64,000 nucleotides of DNA from Camelus ferus (lineage: Eukaryota). Within the stretch, counting starts at the first letter, position 1. Each line of letters opens with the position of its first letter. The notes below the pieces were generated by a model. It did not search any database. It saw nothing but the letters and a program-made list of their open reading frames with translations, and was not told where the DNA came from. Shown here one piece after another: positions 38,384-49,924 of this stretch. The DNA lies in contig NC_045697.1 of assembly GCF_009834535.1 (NCBI RefSeq), positions 5,148,001 through 5,212,000 of the forward strand. Reading direction: 5' to 3'. The position numbers and the translations under genes are program-made.

Positions 38384-39827
38384 AACTTGGTGGCTTGCAA
38401 CAGTAAATGTTTGTCCTGTCACTCACACTGCTTGTCCACGCAAATCGGCTGGAAGCCCTGCCCACTGCCCCACTTCCCCTCCCTCCCATGTTTCCTGGGA
38501 TCGCCTTCCAAATAAACTTCTAGCACCTGGGTCCTTGCATCAGGGTCTACCTCTAGCAAAACCCAAACTAAGACAAACCCCATCAAGGAGATGCACACAC
38601 ACCGTTTTCTAATAGAGGACCCTGTGTACTTCCTTCCTAGCATTTAGCATCTTCTTTCATTTCTTATGTAGTCATTTATTAGCTCACTGTCCGTCTGTAA
38701 CAAGGGCGCTTGTCTGTCTCTGTTTCCCTTGGGCCAAGTGTGAAGTAGTTGTTCAATAAGTATTTGATAAACATCAGCTGAGTAAACGGATGAATGAAGG
38801 ACCAACCCTGGACGTGCCTTCTCCTTCTGGACCTCAGCTGCCTCATTAGGAAGATGGGGCCGTGGTGTGTGGCACCTGGAAGGCTGCTTCTGGGTGTCAG
38901 ATCCTTAGGTTCTGAGACACCAGGGGCTGGCGGAATAATGAAGCACGTGGTCTTGCTGGCGGACAGGCTCTGGGTAGGAACGTGGCTTCAGCCTGCATTG
39001 ATTTGACAAGGAGGCTGGCGAGAGCACGGCAATTAGGAGGGAAGAAAGAGGGAGAGGGAAAAATCCTCCTTAGCGGTGGTCTTTGGCAGGCTGATGACGG
39101 AGAGGAGCCTTGTGCAGAAAGAACACTGGAAGTGTTTGCATATAAATTGCCTTTTAAGGTTTCCATTCTTCAAGACTAATGAGCATTTCAGGTTTAAACA
39201 TACCTACTCCCTTCTAATCACTGTTTGTTACTCTCCTGTTTTCCCTCCTCATTTCGACTTGCGATTCTACCGGGTAGAATGATGCGTCCACTTCCTAGAA
39301 TCAACGCCTCTCAGCTTGGGCAGATTGAAGGTTTGCAGGTGACGCTGAGCCTGCTATAGTGGACACAGAAGTAAAACTATAATACTGTACACATGGAAAA
39401 TAATAATAATGTTGCATTTTAAGAAAAGCAAAGCAAACTGCTGCTCAAAGAAGTGGAGCGATGTTCCCCAGATCACACAGCTAGGAACTGGTAGGTTTGG
39501 GCTTTGAATCCAGGGGTGTGTGGACTGATGAATTTTCCATTACCAGATCTGCTAGCCATTTAAGAAACAGTCAAAATTCCCAGAAGCAGAAAAGCTTTAA
39601 ATTGTAAGCCACTGACTCACAACAGCAGAAAAAGGAAATAAATAAATTAAGTCGAAGGCCACTCTCAAGTAAAAAGCAACGTGAATTATTTCTTAAAGAA
39701 ACATACATGACAACTAAATGCAGTATGTGACCCGGATTGGCTCCTGAACTGTGGAAATGGTTTTCTTATGAGATGAAAGACACTCGTGGAAAAATTGATA
39801 AAATATGAATAAGGTCCACTAACTTAA

Positions 39828-39980
39828 TTTTTATTTAATTTTTTTTAATTTTTAAAAATTTTTTTGGGGGAGGGATAATTAAGTTTATTTACTTATTTTT
39901 AGAGGTGGTGCCAGGGACTGAACCCAGGATCCTGTACATGCTAAGCAAGCTCTCTACCACTTGAGCTATACTCTCTGACA
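39828..39980 (-). mobile_element. Vic-1-type SINE with a 13-bp TSD
   Basis: tRNA-like head (tatagctcaagtggtagagagcttgcttagcatgtacaggatcctgggttcagtcc). TSD tccactaacttaa at 39815-39827 and 39981-39993. Confidence 0.9.
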
Positions 39981-40067
39981 TCCACTAACTTAAAAAAAAA
40001 GGATGTGTAATGCCAAATGAACATGAACTTGATTCACTCATTCTGCAATTGACAGACCAAAAAAAGT

Positions 40068-40600
40068 AAGGAGTTTTACAGTTCCAGGTCTTATATTTAA
40101 GTCTTTAACACATTTTGAGTTGATTTTTGTGTTTGGTGTGAGGTAAGGGTCCAGCTTTATTCGCTCACATGGGGATATTTAGTTTTCCCAATACCATTTG
40201 TTGAAGGGACTATCCTTTTCCTATTGTGTATTCTTGGCACCCTTGTCAAAGATCAGTTGACTTAATATGCATCAATTTATTTCTGGGCTCTCTAGTCATT
40301 TCCGTTGGTCTGTATACAGGTAAAGATACAGGTCTTTATGCCTGTATCATACTGCTTGGATTTCTATAGCTTTGTAACATATTTTGAAATCAGGAAGTGT
40401 GATGCCTTCAGCTTTGTTCTTCTTTCTCAAGATTGATTTGGCTATTTGTGGTCTTTTGTGTTGATATAAATTTTAGAATTTTTTTTCTATTTCTGTAAAA
40501 AATGTCATTGGGGTTTTGATAGGGATGTTATTGAATCTGCAGATCACTTTGAATAACATGAGCATCTTAACATCATTAAGTCTTCTAATCCATGAACAAA
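40068..40600 (-). mobile_element. Old L1 ORF2 fragment
   Basis: tttgaaatcaggaagtgtgatgccttcagctttgttcttctttctcaagattg and similar antisense L1 ORF2 text. Confidence 0.85.
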
Positions 40601-40699
40601 AAATGACTTGATATTTTGTTTTTCTTGATATGAGCAGTGGTCACACAGACTACCTCAGGCTGTATATATTAATGATTCATGTAATCATCCAAATGTAAA

Positions 40700-43600
40700 T
40701 TATGCTTCAATAAAAGCATTCATAAAAATTAGACTGCAATTTACTAAAATACATGGGCTATATGGAAAACAATGAGCTTATAATTAGCTTTGATAAAAAA
40801 AGGAGAGAAACAAAACTCACCAGATGGGTAACATTGGATCTTGCAAAGACACCAACTCCTCTGTAATTTGATAAATAAAGGGAAAGAGTTGTGCAGTTAT
40901 TCTGCCATTCTATTATGAATATTACTTCCGAGTAACCAAATATCAAAGAGGATAGAGTAAAGTTCTTTCACTTACTAAATACTGAATGAATGGATTAAAA
41001 TTTACTATTTTGCAATTCCTCAGTTAATAACTGATTCAGACAATGGTCACTGATGAATGGTAAAATTACTAGGTGGAATGCTGATGAGAGATTTTACAAG
41101 AATGGAATTGTCATTACCTCAGCCACTTATCAACCTTAGTGCCACTAAACATGAAAACCCAAAATGGGACATGAGGCATCCATGCCAAAAATAAAGTTAA
41201 ACCTAATCCATACTTTACATCTAACTGAAGATCGACAGGATATATAAGGGCCAAGAGAACAAATTAAATGACATCACAAGGAAGCAGTAATAAAGCCCAG
41301 TCATATAAAACAATTTTTAGGAAAACTCACTTCCTTCACAAGTAAACAGCATGAAAAAGTCCTTTTTAAGAGAACCCTTGTTTGGAGCTCAATTTCAACA
41401 AACAATCTACAAAAGGCATATTTTAGGCAATGGAGGAAATTTGAATCTGGACTGAAAGATATTACATAATTACTGTTAATTTTATTAAGTCTGGTAAAGA
41501 CCCCTATCTTCTACCTTAGACAAAAATCTTATTCCAAGTAGGTTATAGATCTGAGTGTAAATGGCAAAACCATCAGTTCTCTAAAGAAAAACTGGGAACA
41601 TAATAAATTTCCTTAATATGGTAATAGGTAACAAGCAAAAACTTGAAACAAACATCATTTTTAATGTTGAAATTTGAGAAGCATTTCCACTGAAGTCAGG
41701 AATAAGGCAAGGATACACTCTACTACTAATGCTAGTCAACAATTGGAAAAAATGGGCAAAGGATACAAATGGACATTTTTTGCCATTTGAGATATCTTCA
41801 TGATCTTAGAGTAGGCAAAAATTTCTTAAGCACCAACCTTAAAGGAAAAGAGTAATAAATAAGGTTAAATGTAAGAATATCAGTTCATCAAAAGATTCCC
41901 TCAAGAGAGTAAAAATGCACAATACAGAATAGAAGCTATTTCTATCACAGACCTAAAACCTCTTTGGTAAGCTGATACCCAGAGTATGCAGGAACTCCTA
42001 TCGGTCAACAAGAGAAACTCAACAGAAACACTGGTAAAGAGACTTGAACAGGTATTTTGCAAAAGGGTATATCTAGACGAAAACAATCCTATAAAAAGGT
42101 ATTCAACATCATTCATGATAGAAAGTGTAAATTAAAACTACAGTGGAGTGTCATTACATACTTACTAGAACACCACAAATTAAAGTGACAGACAATGACA
42201 ACTCTCAATGAAGATTGGGAGGATGTGGACCAAGGAGGCTCCAAGGGTATGGACCAAGGTGAGGATCCAAGGACGTGGACCAAGGCAGAAATGTAAACCG
42301 GTGCAACTGCTTTGGGAAGTTGAGTGCAGACCTGTCCTGTGACCTAGAAATTTCACTCCAGGGCATATACCCAAACAACGAGTTTCATTCCATTATCATT
42401 ATGTGCATCGAGCTCAGAATCCAAAGAGATAATGTAACCTAGTCATACAGTGGAGCAACAGCAACAATGCAAACAAACTAACACTACGTAAAACAACACG
42501 GATGAACAGTGCAAGCAATGAGAAGAACGAAGCCAGACCCAGAACAACACAAATTCCTTGATTCTCTTTATATAAGGTTCAAAACCAGGCAGAACCAATC
42601 TATCATGTTAGAATTCATAAGAAGGATTACTTTGAGGAGCAGATAGAGGGTAGAGACATGAAGGGTTATGGGTTACTGTTAATGTTCTACCCTTTGGTTG
42701 GCTCTGTTTACTTTCTGAAAATGTATCAAGCTTTACAGTTTAGATTTGCTCACTTTATATAGGTAGTATTTCAAATTTCAAAGAGAAAACTAGCACCCAT
42801 TCATACTGCTTTATAAAACTCTTAGTAAACTGGGACTCTAGTGAATTTCATTAACAATCAAAAACCTACAACATGTTAAAACTTGAGAAGCATTTCCACT
42901 CAAGTCAGGAATAAGACAAGGACACCACCTCTACTGATGGTATTCAACAACTCAACCTACTGGGAAAAAAACAGGCAAAGGATATGAGTGGGCAACATCT
43001 TTTCCCATTTTGGAAACCTGAATGAATGATAAATATTTCAAAGGGGTTCAACTTCACTAGTATATCAGAATATGCAATTTTTAAAACTCACCATACTGGC
43101 AAAACTTTAAAGTTTGATAATACCAAGTGCTGGCTGCGTGTGGGCAAGCAGGAACTACCAAGAATTGCAACTGGAAATGCAATTCTTCTCGGGAGTCAGC
43201 TGTCACTGACTTCTAATTTCCAAGCTGGCAAAGTCTATGACCCAGCAACTCCACTATTTCTCAGCCTGTGTGTATCCTGTGGAATGTGCCCGGGAATGTG
43301 CACATGGGAAGCCAACCAAGAACGCTCACAACTACATTACACCTACATCAAGACAGGAATAAGTCAGTAAACTGTGGCATAATCCTGCAGAACAATGTAA
43401 AGCAGTTACAATAAATGAACTGCATTGTAGGAGTAAATACAAAAAATAATGGGGAGTGAGAAAAGCAAGTTGTAGAATGATCTAATTTCACTCGGGGACA
43501 GTTTAAGAGTAGGATCTATTGCTCTGGGTATCAAAACATTAGGCAAAAGGATAAAAAACCCAGTGGAAATGTTTGTGGTAATCTCTCGGGAGGGAAAAGG

Positions 43601-43740
43601 ATTATGGTGTGAAAGACAAAGAGACTTCAATTGTATCGAAGATGTTTCATTTTTCAAACTGAGGGAGGATATGCTGGTGTGCGTTATAGCATCTCCATAC
43701 TTGTCTGTGCTTGACATATTTCATTTTAAAAAATTGTCAA
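40700..43740 (+). mobile_element. Cluster of ancient L1ME/L1MC-type 3' fragments
   Basis: Degenerate motifs such as atatcttcatgatcttagagtaggcaaaaatttctta, aaattaaaactacagtggag and tatgacccagcaactccact. Confidence 0.65.
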
Positions 43741-46459
43741 CAAACGAGTGACCCTATTCATGACTCCTCACATTCACGAAGGGCTCTGGACGGATCTCTC
43801 GCAAGGGTCGGTTGTACCTGGGCAAGCATGAGATGTCACAGTTTCCCCACAACTGTAGAGAGAGCCAGTGGCCAAAATGAGCATCACGTCTCCTGAGTTG
43901 GTCAGTGCAGCCAGCCAGCCAGTGGCACCGCGGCAGAGAAGAGCCTGAAATGCTTAAGGTACACAATTTAGCAGCTGTGTTTTCTGAGAACTCCTAATCT
44001 GTGGTTGCCTGAAGCCGATTTTGTTCCTTCCTCCTGCAGCTGCTCCAGGGGGTATCACTTGCCGAGTAACTTGCCCAGGGTCACAAAGCCATGAGGTGGT
44101 TCTATCAGGAAAGGGCAGGGATGTGTCTGTTGTGTTCACCATCTCCTCCCTCTGGGCTTCAAGAGACATTCAGCTTAGACTTCAGCGTTTAAACAGGAAG
44201 TGACTTCTTTACCCACCCTCACCAGGATGGAGCCTGCGGGCCTTGAGCTGAATTTGGAGCCTGTTTCTTATTTTTCTTGCCTACTCTGTCCCTCCTCTTT
44301 CTTCTTTTAGGCCCTGACTTTTCCATGTTGCATGAGCACCAGAATCGTGCTCCTTCCCACAGCGGAGGCTGGGCCCACCTCCCGCCACCCTCCCTGCCTA
44401 CCTGTGCCCACAGTGCCACAGCTTAGCTGGCCTGGCCTGGCTCCTCCCCATCTCCCAAGCTGGCAGCCTCCGGCTTTTCCAGGATGCTGGTCCCTCCTCC
44501 CTGCCTGCCCTCCATCTTCTTCCCTCTCCCTTCTCTCTGCCTCTCCCAGGCTCCCCTCCATCCGGGAGGCAGAGTGGCTATGGAGGGGCCAGCAGCCCAG
44601 GGCACTAAGGTATCTGACTTGACTAGAAAGCTCCACAAAGTGGCTGGCAATTTAGAGGGCCAGCTGAAGCTAGGAGAGTGGTGCCTGCTGCAGGTAAACA
44701 CCCAGGATTAGCATGACCACACCCTTCAGTGTTAGAACTAGGACACTTTTGATAATAAAAGGAGACATTAAATTGAGGGTACCCTGGAAAAACAGTGCAG
44801 TCCTGGAAAAACTGGAGGAAAGTTTACTTTATTAACAAATATCTGATTAATGAACGCAGGCCTTTTCCACTTAAGGGCTGGGATCTTAATCACCACGTAA
44901 CACTGAGCAAGACATATTTGAGAAACTAAATCGTACTTATAGGGGCATTTGCTGCAAAAGCAGACTCCTCGATGTAAACGTACACCAGTGCCCATCACAC
45001 AGGAATTTCAGCTGCAGCTTTATCTTTGCACAGCCTGTTATTCAGACCCAGAGCGTAGAAATGCAAAATAAAGAAATGCTTTGTATTAAAAAAAAAAATC
45101 CCTCAGAAGATTAAGCCATTATCATCCGTAATTGGGGTACAAGATGGGATAAATTTCTATTCTATCAGAGATGACGATTAAGGAATCATTTCCATCGTTT
45201 CATTCTTGAAAAAAATAACGGAGTTTCCAATGAAGTTTCCAATCAAAAATGATCTTAATTATCCATCCCCTTTCAGTGAGCCGAATGCCTTTCCTTTCGG
45301 CCTAAACAAAAGAGGTAATTTTAGTTTTTCTCTTCTTCTGTTTCTTTCTGCTCCTTCTTTCCCCCCTCCCTTCCCCCCTCCCCACCTCTCTCTTTCAGAG
45401 AAACAACTGCAGGATGTAAAGTCCTGAATCAGTGTACCAGATCTCATGCTGTGCAACAGTGCAGACCCTCCGGGAAGCCACATGTCGGGCGCCAAATCTT
45501 CCTGGAATTGCAGCTTCGCAGGGTTGAAAGAAATCTTGTCCTTTTGCCCCGTGCTCCTACAGTGCCATCTCGCTGATCAGTGGCCATCGTCTCCTGGCTT
45601 TAACACCCTCTGTGGCCCATGACAGTGGCCCATCCACCTCTCAAGAAGATGCTCACTATGGCTGAGTAATTTGGAGCATGTTATCAAGAACCCAGGGATC
45701 ACTGACAATGCTCGCTGGGTCACTTCACAGCTGTGTGGCCTTGGGCAAGTAACTCAGTCTCTCTGTGCCTCACATCAGAGGTTACAAACAGAAGCCCTCT
45801 GATTCCTACATTTCTCTATTCAGTGTGGGTTTTATTTTGTTTTGTTTTTTATAACTGAATTAGACTCTCACTTTTAAAACCTTGAGTACTTCACATAAAG
45901 ATCCAGATTTCTGGCTTCTGTAGAAAAGCTACCATCTGGCCACCCCTGGAAGAGGTTCCTGCAGGGCAGCAACTTGCTGGAGATGGGCTGTGGCAGCCAA
46001 CTCTGGCTGGGGCGGCCCCCTCCTGAAAACACAGGAGCCAGCAAGTGGGAAAAGAGGCTCCTCTCTTTCCTGTGACTGCTGCCGCCTGGAGGCAACTGAG
46101 CTGGGGACCACGGCACACACTTCCAGCACAGCAGTCATCCTGCTGGTTGTAGCTGTGATTTGGGGTCAGTCCCCTTGCCTAAGATGTTCTCCCAACCCAT
46201 GTTGTTAACTTTTTGAAATTCTATCCATCCTTCAAGGCCAAGTTCATAGACCACCTCCTCCATCTAGCCCCCCAACTCCCCAATCTGAAGCAACCTCCAA
46301 CTCTCACTTCCTCTAACTCCTAGACTCAACCCTGCCATGTCCCTTTTCACATCCTGCCTGTTACGCCACTTAACTGTGAACACACACACCCCCCCCCAGA
46401 CTGTAAACTTCTTGCCGGTAGAGGCCCTAATTCATCTGTGTCCCCCATTGTGGCTGTCT

Positions 46460-46912
46460 CTCTATGGTGGGCAGAATAATGTACCCCCTAAAATAAAGGT
46501 CCAAATCCTAATTCCCTGAATCCTGCGAATCACATTACACGCCAAAAGTGGACTGAAGGTAGTGGACAGAACTGAGGTTGCTCATCAGATGGGGAGAGTT
46601 TCCTGGATTATCCAGGTGGGCCCAGTACAATCACAAGGGTCCTTAACTGTAGAAGAGGGAAGCAGTAAAGACAGAGTCAGAGGGACGTGGTGTGAGAGGG
46701 CCTCAACTGGCCATTGGTGGCTTTGGAAACAGAATGAGGCCACGAGCCAAGGAAGGCAGGCAACCCAGAAAAGCCAAAAAAGACAAGGAACAGCTTCCCC
46801 CCTAGAGCCTCCGGAGGGAAGCAGCCCTGCTGTCAGCTGGATGTTGCCTGGTGAAACCTGTTCTGGACCTCTAACCTCCAGAATACGAATAGATATGAAC
46901 TGTGGCAGCAAT
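46460..46912. mobile_element. MaLR (MLT1D-like) LTR
   Basis: tggtgggcagaataatgtaccccc...cctggattatccaggtgggcccagtacaatcacaagggtcctta...ccctagagcctccggaggga. Confidence 0.8.
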
Positions 46913-47035
46913 AATAAGCCCCAGAGATCTGTGGTACAACACTGCACCCAGAGTCAGAAGCAAGGCACTGCACACTAAAAATTCGTTAAGAAGGTAGAAC
47001 TCATGTTAAGTGCTCTCACAATAGTAAAATTAAAC
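46913..47035 (+). mobile_element. Short L1MA9-like 3' end
   Basis: agagatctgtggtacaacac...gttaagaaggtagaactcatgttaagtgctctcacaata resembles 24215-24320. Confidence 0.65.
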
Positions 47036-47649
47036 ACATACACACACAGGAGTATAACAAAAAGCAGCATTTGTACCATTTTTAATGCATATGCATCCAA
47101 AGTCTATCATTCGTTCATTCAGCAAACACTGATGGAGGTGGGACCACAACCACTTAAGGCAGCAATCAGGCAGGCTTCCCTAGTTAGTATAATAACAGTC
47201 TGGATGTTCCCTTTCCCGCCCACAACAAAAGTACCCTGGGCAAGAGAGCCAATGTGGCTGAGATGTCATCTCCACAGAGCAGTCAGGACAAGAAGAAACA
47301 AGGTAGAACTGGATTGACTGAGGTTCCAATCTCAGCTCTGCCACTTACAAGCTGGGTGATTTCCCTACTTTCTCATCTTCAATTTCATCTTCCCCAGAGC
47401 GGGAATAAAAACACTTACCACCTAGGGTCAGCGTGGTGGCTGAATGAGCTTCCACATGGAATGCGGCTGGCACTTAGCAGGAGCTCAGTAGATGTTAGTC
47501 CTTTCCCCTTTTACAAATGGCCAACATCATGAAGGTCAATCTTGGTTGCTATGAGAGCTAATATTTGCTCCTAGAATGCTGCCCACTGGCAATCATCGAG
47601 GCTCCTTACATGGCAGTGCAGAGCGCCCATCTTCAAAGGAGGTAGGCAT

Positions 47650-47905
47650 TTTCTAACTGAAGTATAGTCATTTCACAATGTTGTCTTAGTTTCTGGTGCA
47701 CAGCATCACGTTTCAGTCACACATGTACATACAAATATTCCTTTTCATATAATTTTTCATTATAGGTTTCTACAAGCTATTGAATATAGCTCCCCATGCT
47801 ATACAGTAGAAACCTGTTGTTTATCTATTTTATATATAGTAGTTAGTATCTGCAAATCTCAAACTCCCAATTGATCCCTTCCCACCCTCTCCCCTCCACC
47901 AGTAA
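47650..47905 (-). mobile_element. Camelid-type L1 3' end
   Basis: tgaagtatagtc...ttctggtgcacagc...tagtatctgcaaatctcaaactcccaatt is the reverse complement of the L1 3' UTR at 33360-33590. Confidence 0.85.
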
Positions 47906-49462
47906 TAGGTGTATTCCCCTCTCCCAGCTCCCATAATCTCAGGTAAACCTCAACTAGATGTGGCAGTTGCCAAAGACTCCAGGTTTCTAAAAGCTACCAA
48001 ACAATAAAACACCACCAAGACTCGGAGCCTGATAAAAGGAACTCCTCTAACTCAAACTGAAGATCTAAAAATAAAGCAGCCCCTCCATCAGATCCAGGGT
48101 GAGGACGGGGGAGGCTAACTGAGCAGGATGTGTGCTGTGACTGCGTGAATGTTTTATCTGTGTTGTCAAAATGCCATCTGGAGCGAAGGAAACCTGGAGA
48201 TAATTTTCTCAGATTACGTGGTCACTCCCAGCAGCGGGTGTGCAGAAACGCTGATCCCTGCCGGCTCCCCCAGCACCACAAGCAGCTAACCATGCTGAGA
48301 AAGGAGCGGATGTTTTATCATTATTATTTTCAATGGGAAAGTCCCAAAATGCTAAAGTGCTAAGACAGTTCTCTTGTTATGCCTCACGCCAGCTGTCTGA
48401 AAATTCTAAAAAGATGCTTTAGTGTAGGCCCAAATGTTTGGCTCTTTTAGGAATATTCTAAAGGCATATTAAACAATTTTTTACTGCGTGAAGGCACATG
48501 CTCGTTGTAGAAAATATTTCCCTCCTTGGAAAGTGTAGAAAAATAGAGAATGCAATGAAAGTCACTTATAATTTCACCTCCCCATGAAATATATAATTCA
48601 ATTCCCAGCAGTAATTTTTTTCAATTCATATTTGCAACCAGCTTTTTCACTTAAATCTTAAAAATCTCCCATTAAAATCACCGACAAACATTACTTTGAA
48701 TGATTAATAACATTTCATCGTATTATGTCCCCTAATTACTTAGCCATTCTATTGATTGATTACTGAAATTATATTATTTCACTGTTATTATATGCATTCT
48801 CTATTATAAATCATGCTGCCATGAAGACTTTTAATCACACAACTGAAGGGCCACGTGAGCAGTGACGGTGTCTCTTTTAATCACCAACATTTTCCCCAAA
48901 CCAAGTACAGGACCTGGAACAATGCATATTGTTTTAATGGATGAATCCTGTTATATTTTTAGAATATAATTGCTAGTAATATTCTTAAAGCCCTGTCTCC
49001 TTAAGCTTAGCATTAATTCACTGTCTAAACCCCAGCCTGGCATCTGAGGTCGGCATGATCTCTTCCCAGAGTGTCCTTGGCCACCTCTGCCTGGACCCCA
49101 TCACTTATATGCTCTCAGACTGTCCCCTCCTAGTGAAAATGTCCCTAGCCCTCATTCTCACAGCCCTTTTCTCCCAAGCAAAGCTAGTCTCTGCCCATAG
49201 GAGCACCTGCCTGAGGACCACGAGACCCACCTTACATCTGTCTCACCTGCTGAACTGTGACCTCAAAGGAGAGCCTGAGCCTCATTGCTCTCTGTACTCC
49301 TGGTACTCAGCTCAGGGCTGGCAGCCAGTGGGTGTGCTGTAAATCCAGGCTGGATGAACTAATTAATTGCAGGACTTGACCTAAGATCGCACCATTGATT
49401 CTGAACTAAGCTGGGGTGGAACTAAGTATATGGTTTTTGCTGATTTTTCTCCTTTGTTCTGG

Positions 49463-49922
49463 CTGTATTCATCAGGGTTCTCCAGAGAAACAGAACCCAC
49501 AGGATCTTTATGTATAATTTACTATAAGATACGGGTTCATGCAATGATGGAGACTAGGAAGTCTCACAATCAGCTATCTGTAAGCTGGAGACCCAGGAGG
49601 ACCATGGAGTTGGAAGGCAAGAGAGTTAATGGCATAGATTCCTGAGAACCTGGAGCCCCGGGGACAGGAAATGATGGATGTCCCACTTCAGTAGTCAAGC
49701 AGAGAGAGGGCAAACCCTCCCTCCCACCATCATTTTATTTATTCCTCAGTGGACTGGATGATGTCCACTCACACTGGAGAGGGCAGTGTGCTTTATTGTC
49801 TACTGATTCAAATGTCAATCTCTTCTGGAAACACCAACACAGACACCCCTGGAAATAAACATTTACCCAGATATCTGTGCATCCCATGATCCATCAAGTT
49901 GACACAAAATTAACTATCAAAC
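49463..49922. mobile_element. ERVL LTR (MLT2-like)
   Basis: tgtattcatcagggttctccagagaaacagaacc...tactgattcaaatgtcaatctcttctggaaacacc...caagttgacacaaaattaactatca. Confidence 0.8.
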
Positions 49923-49924
49923 CT

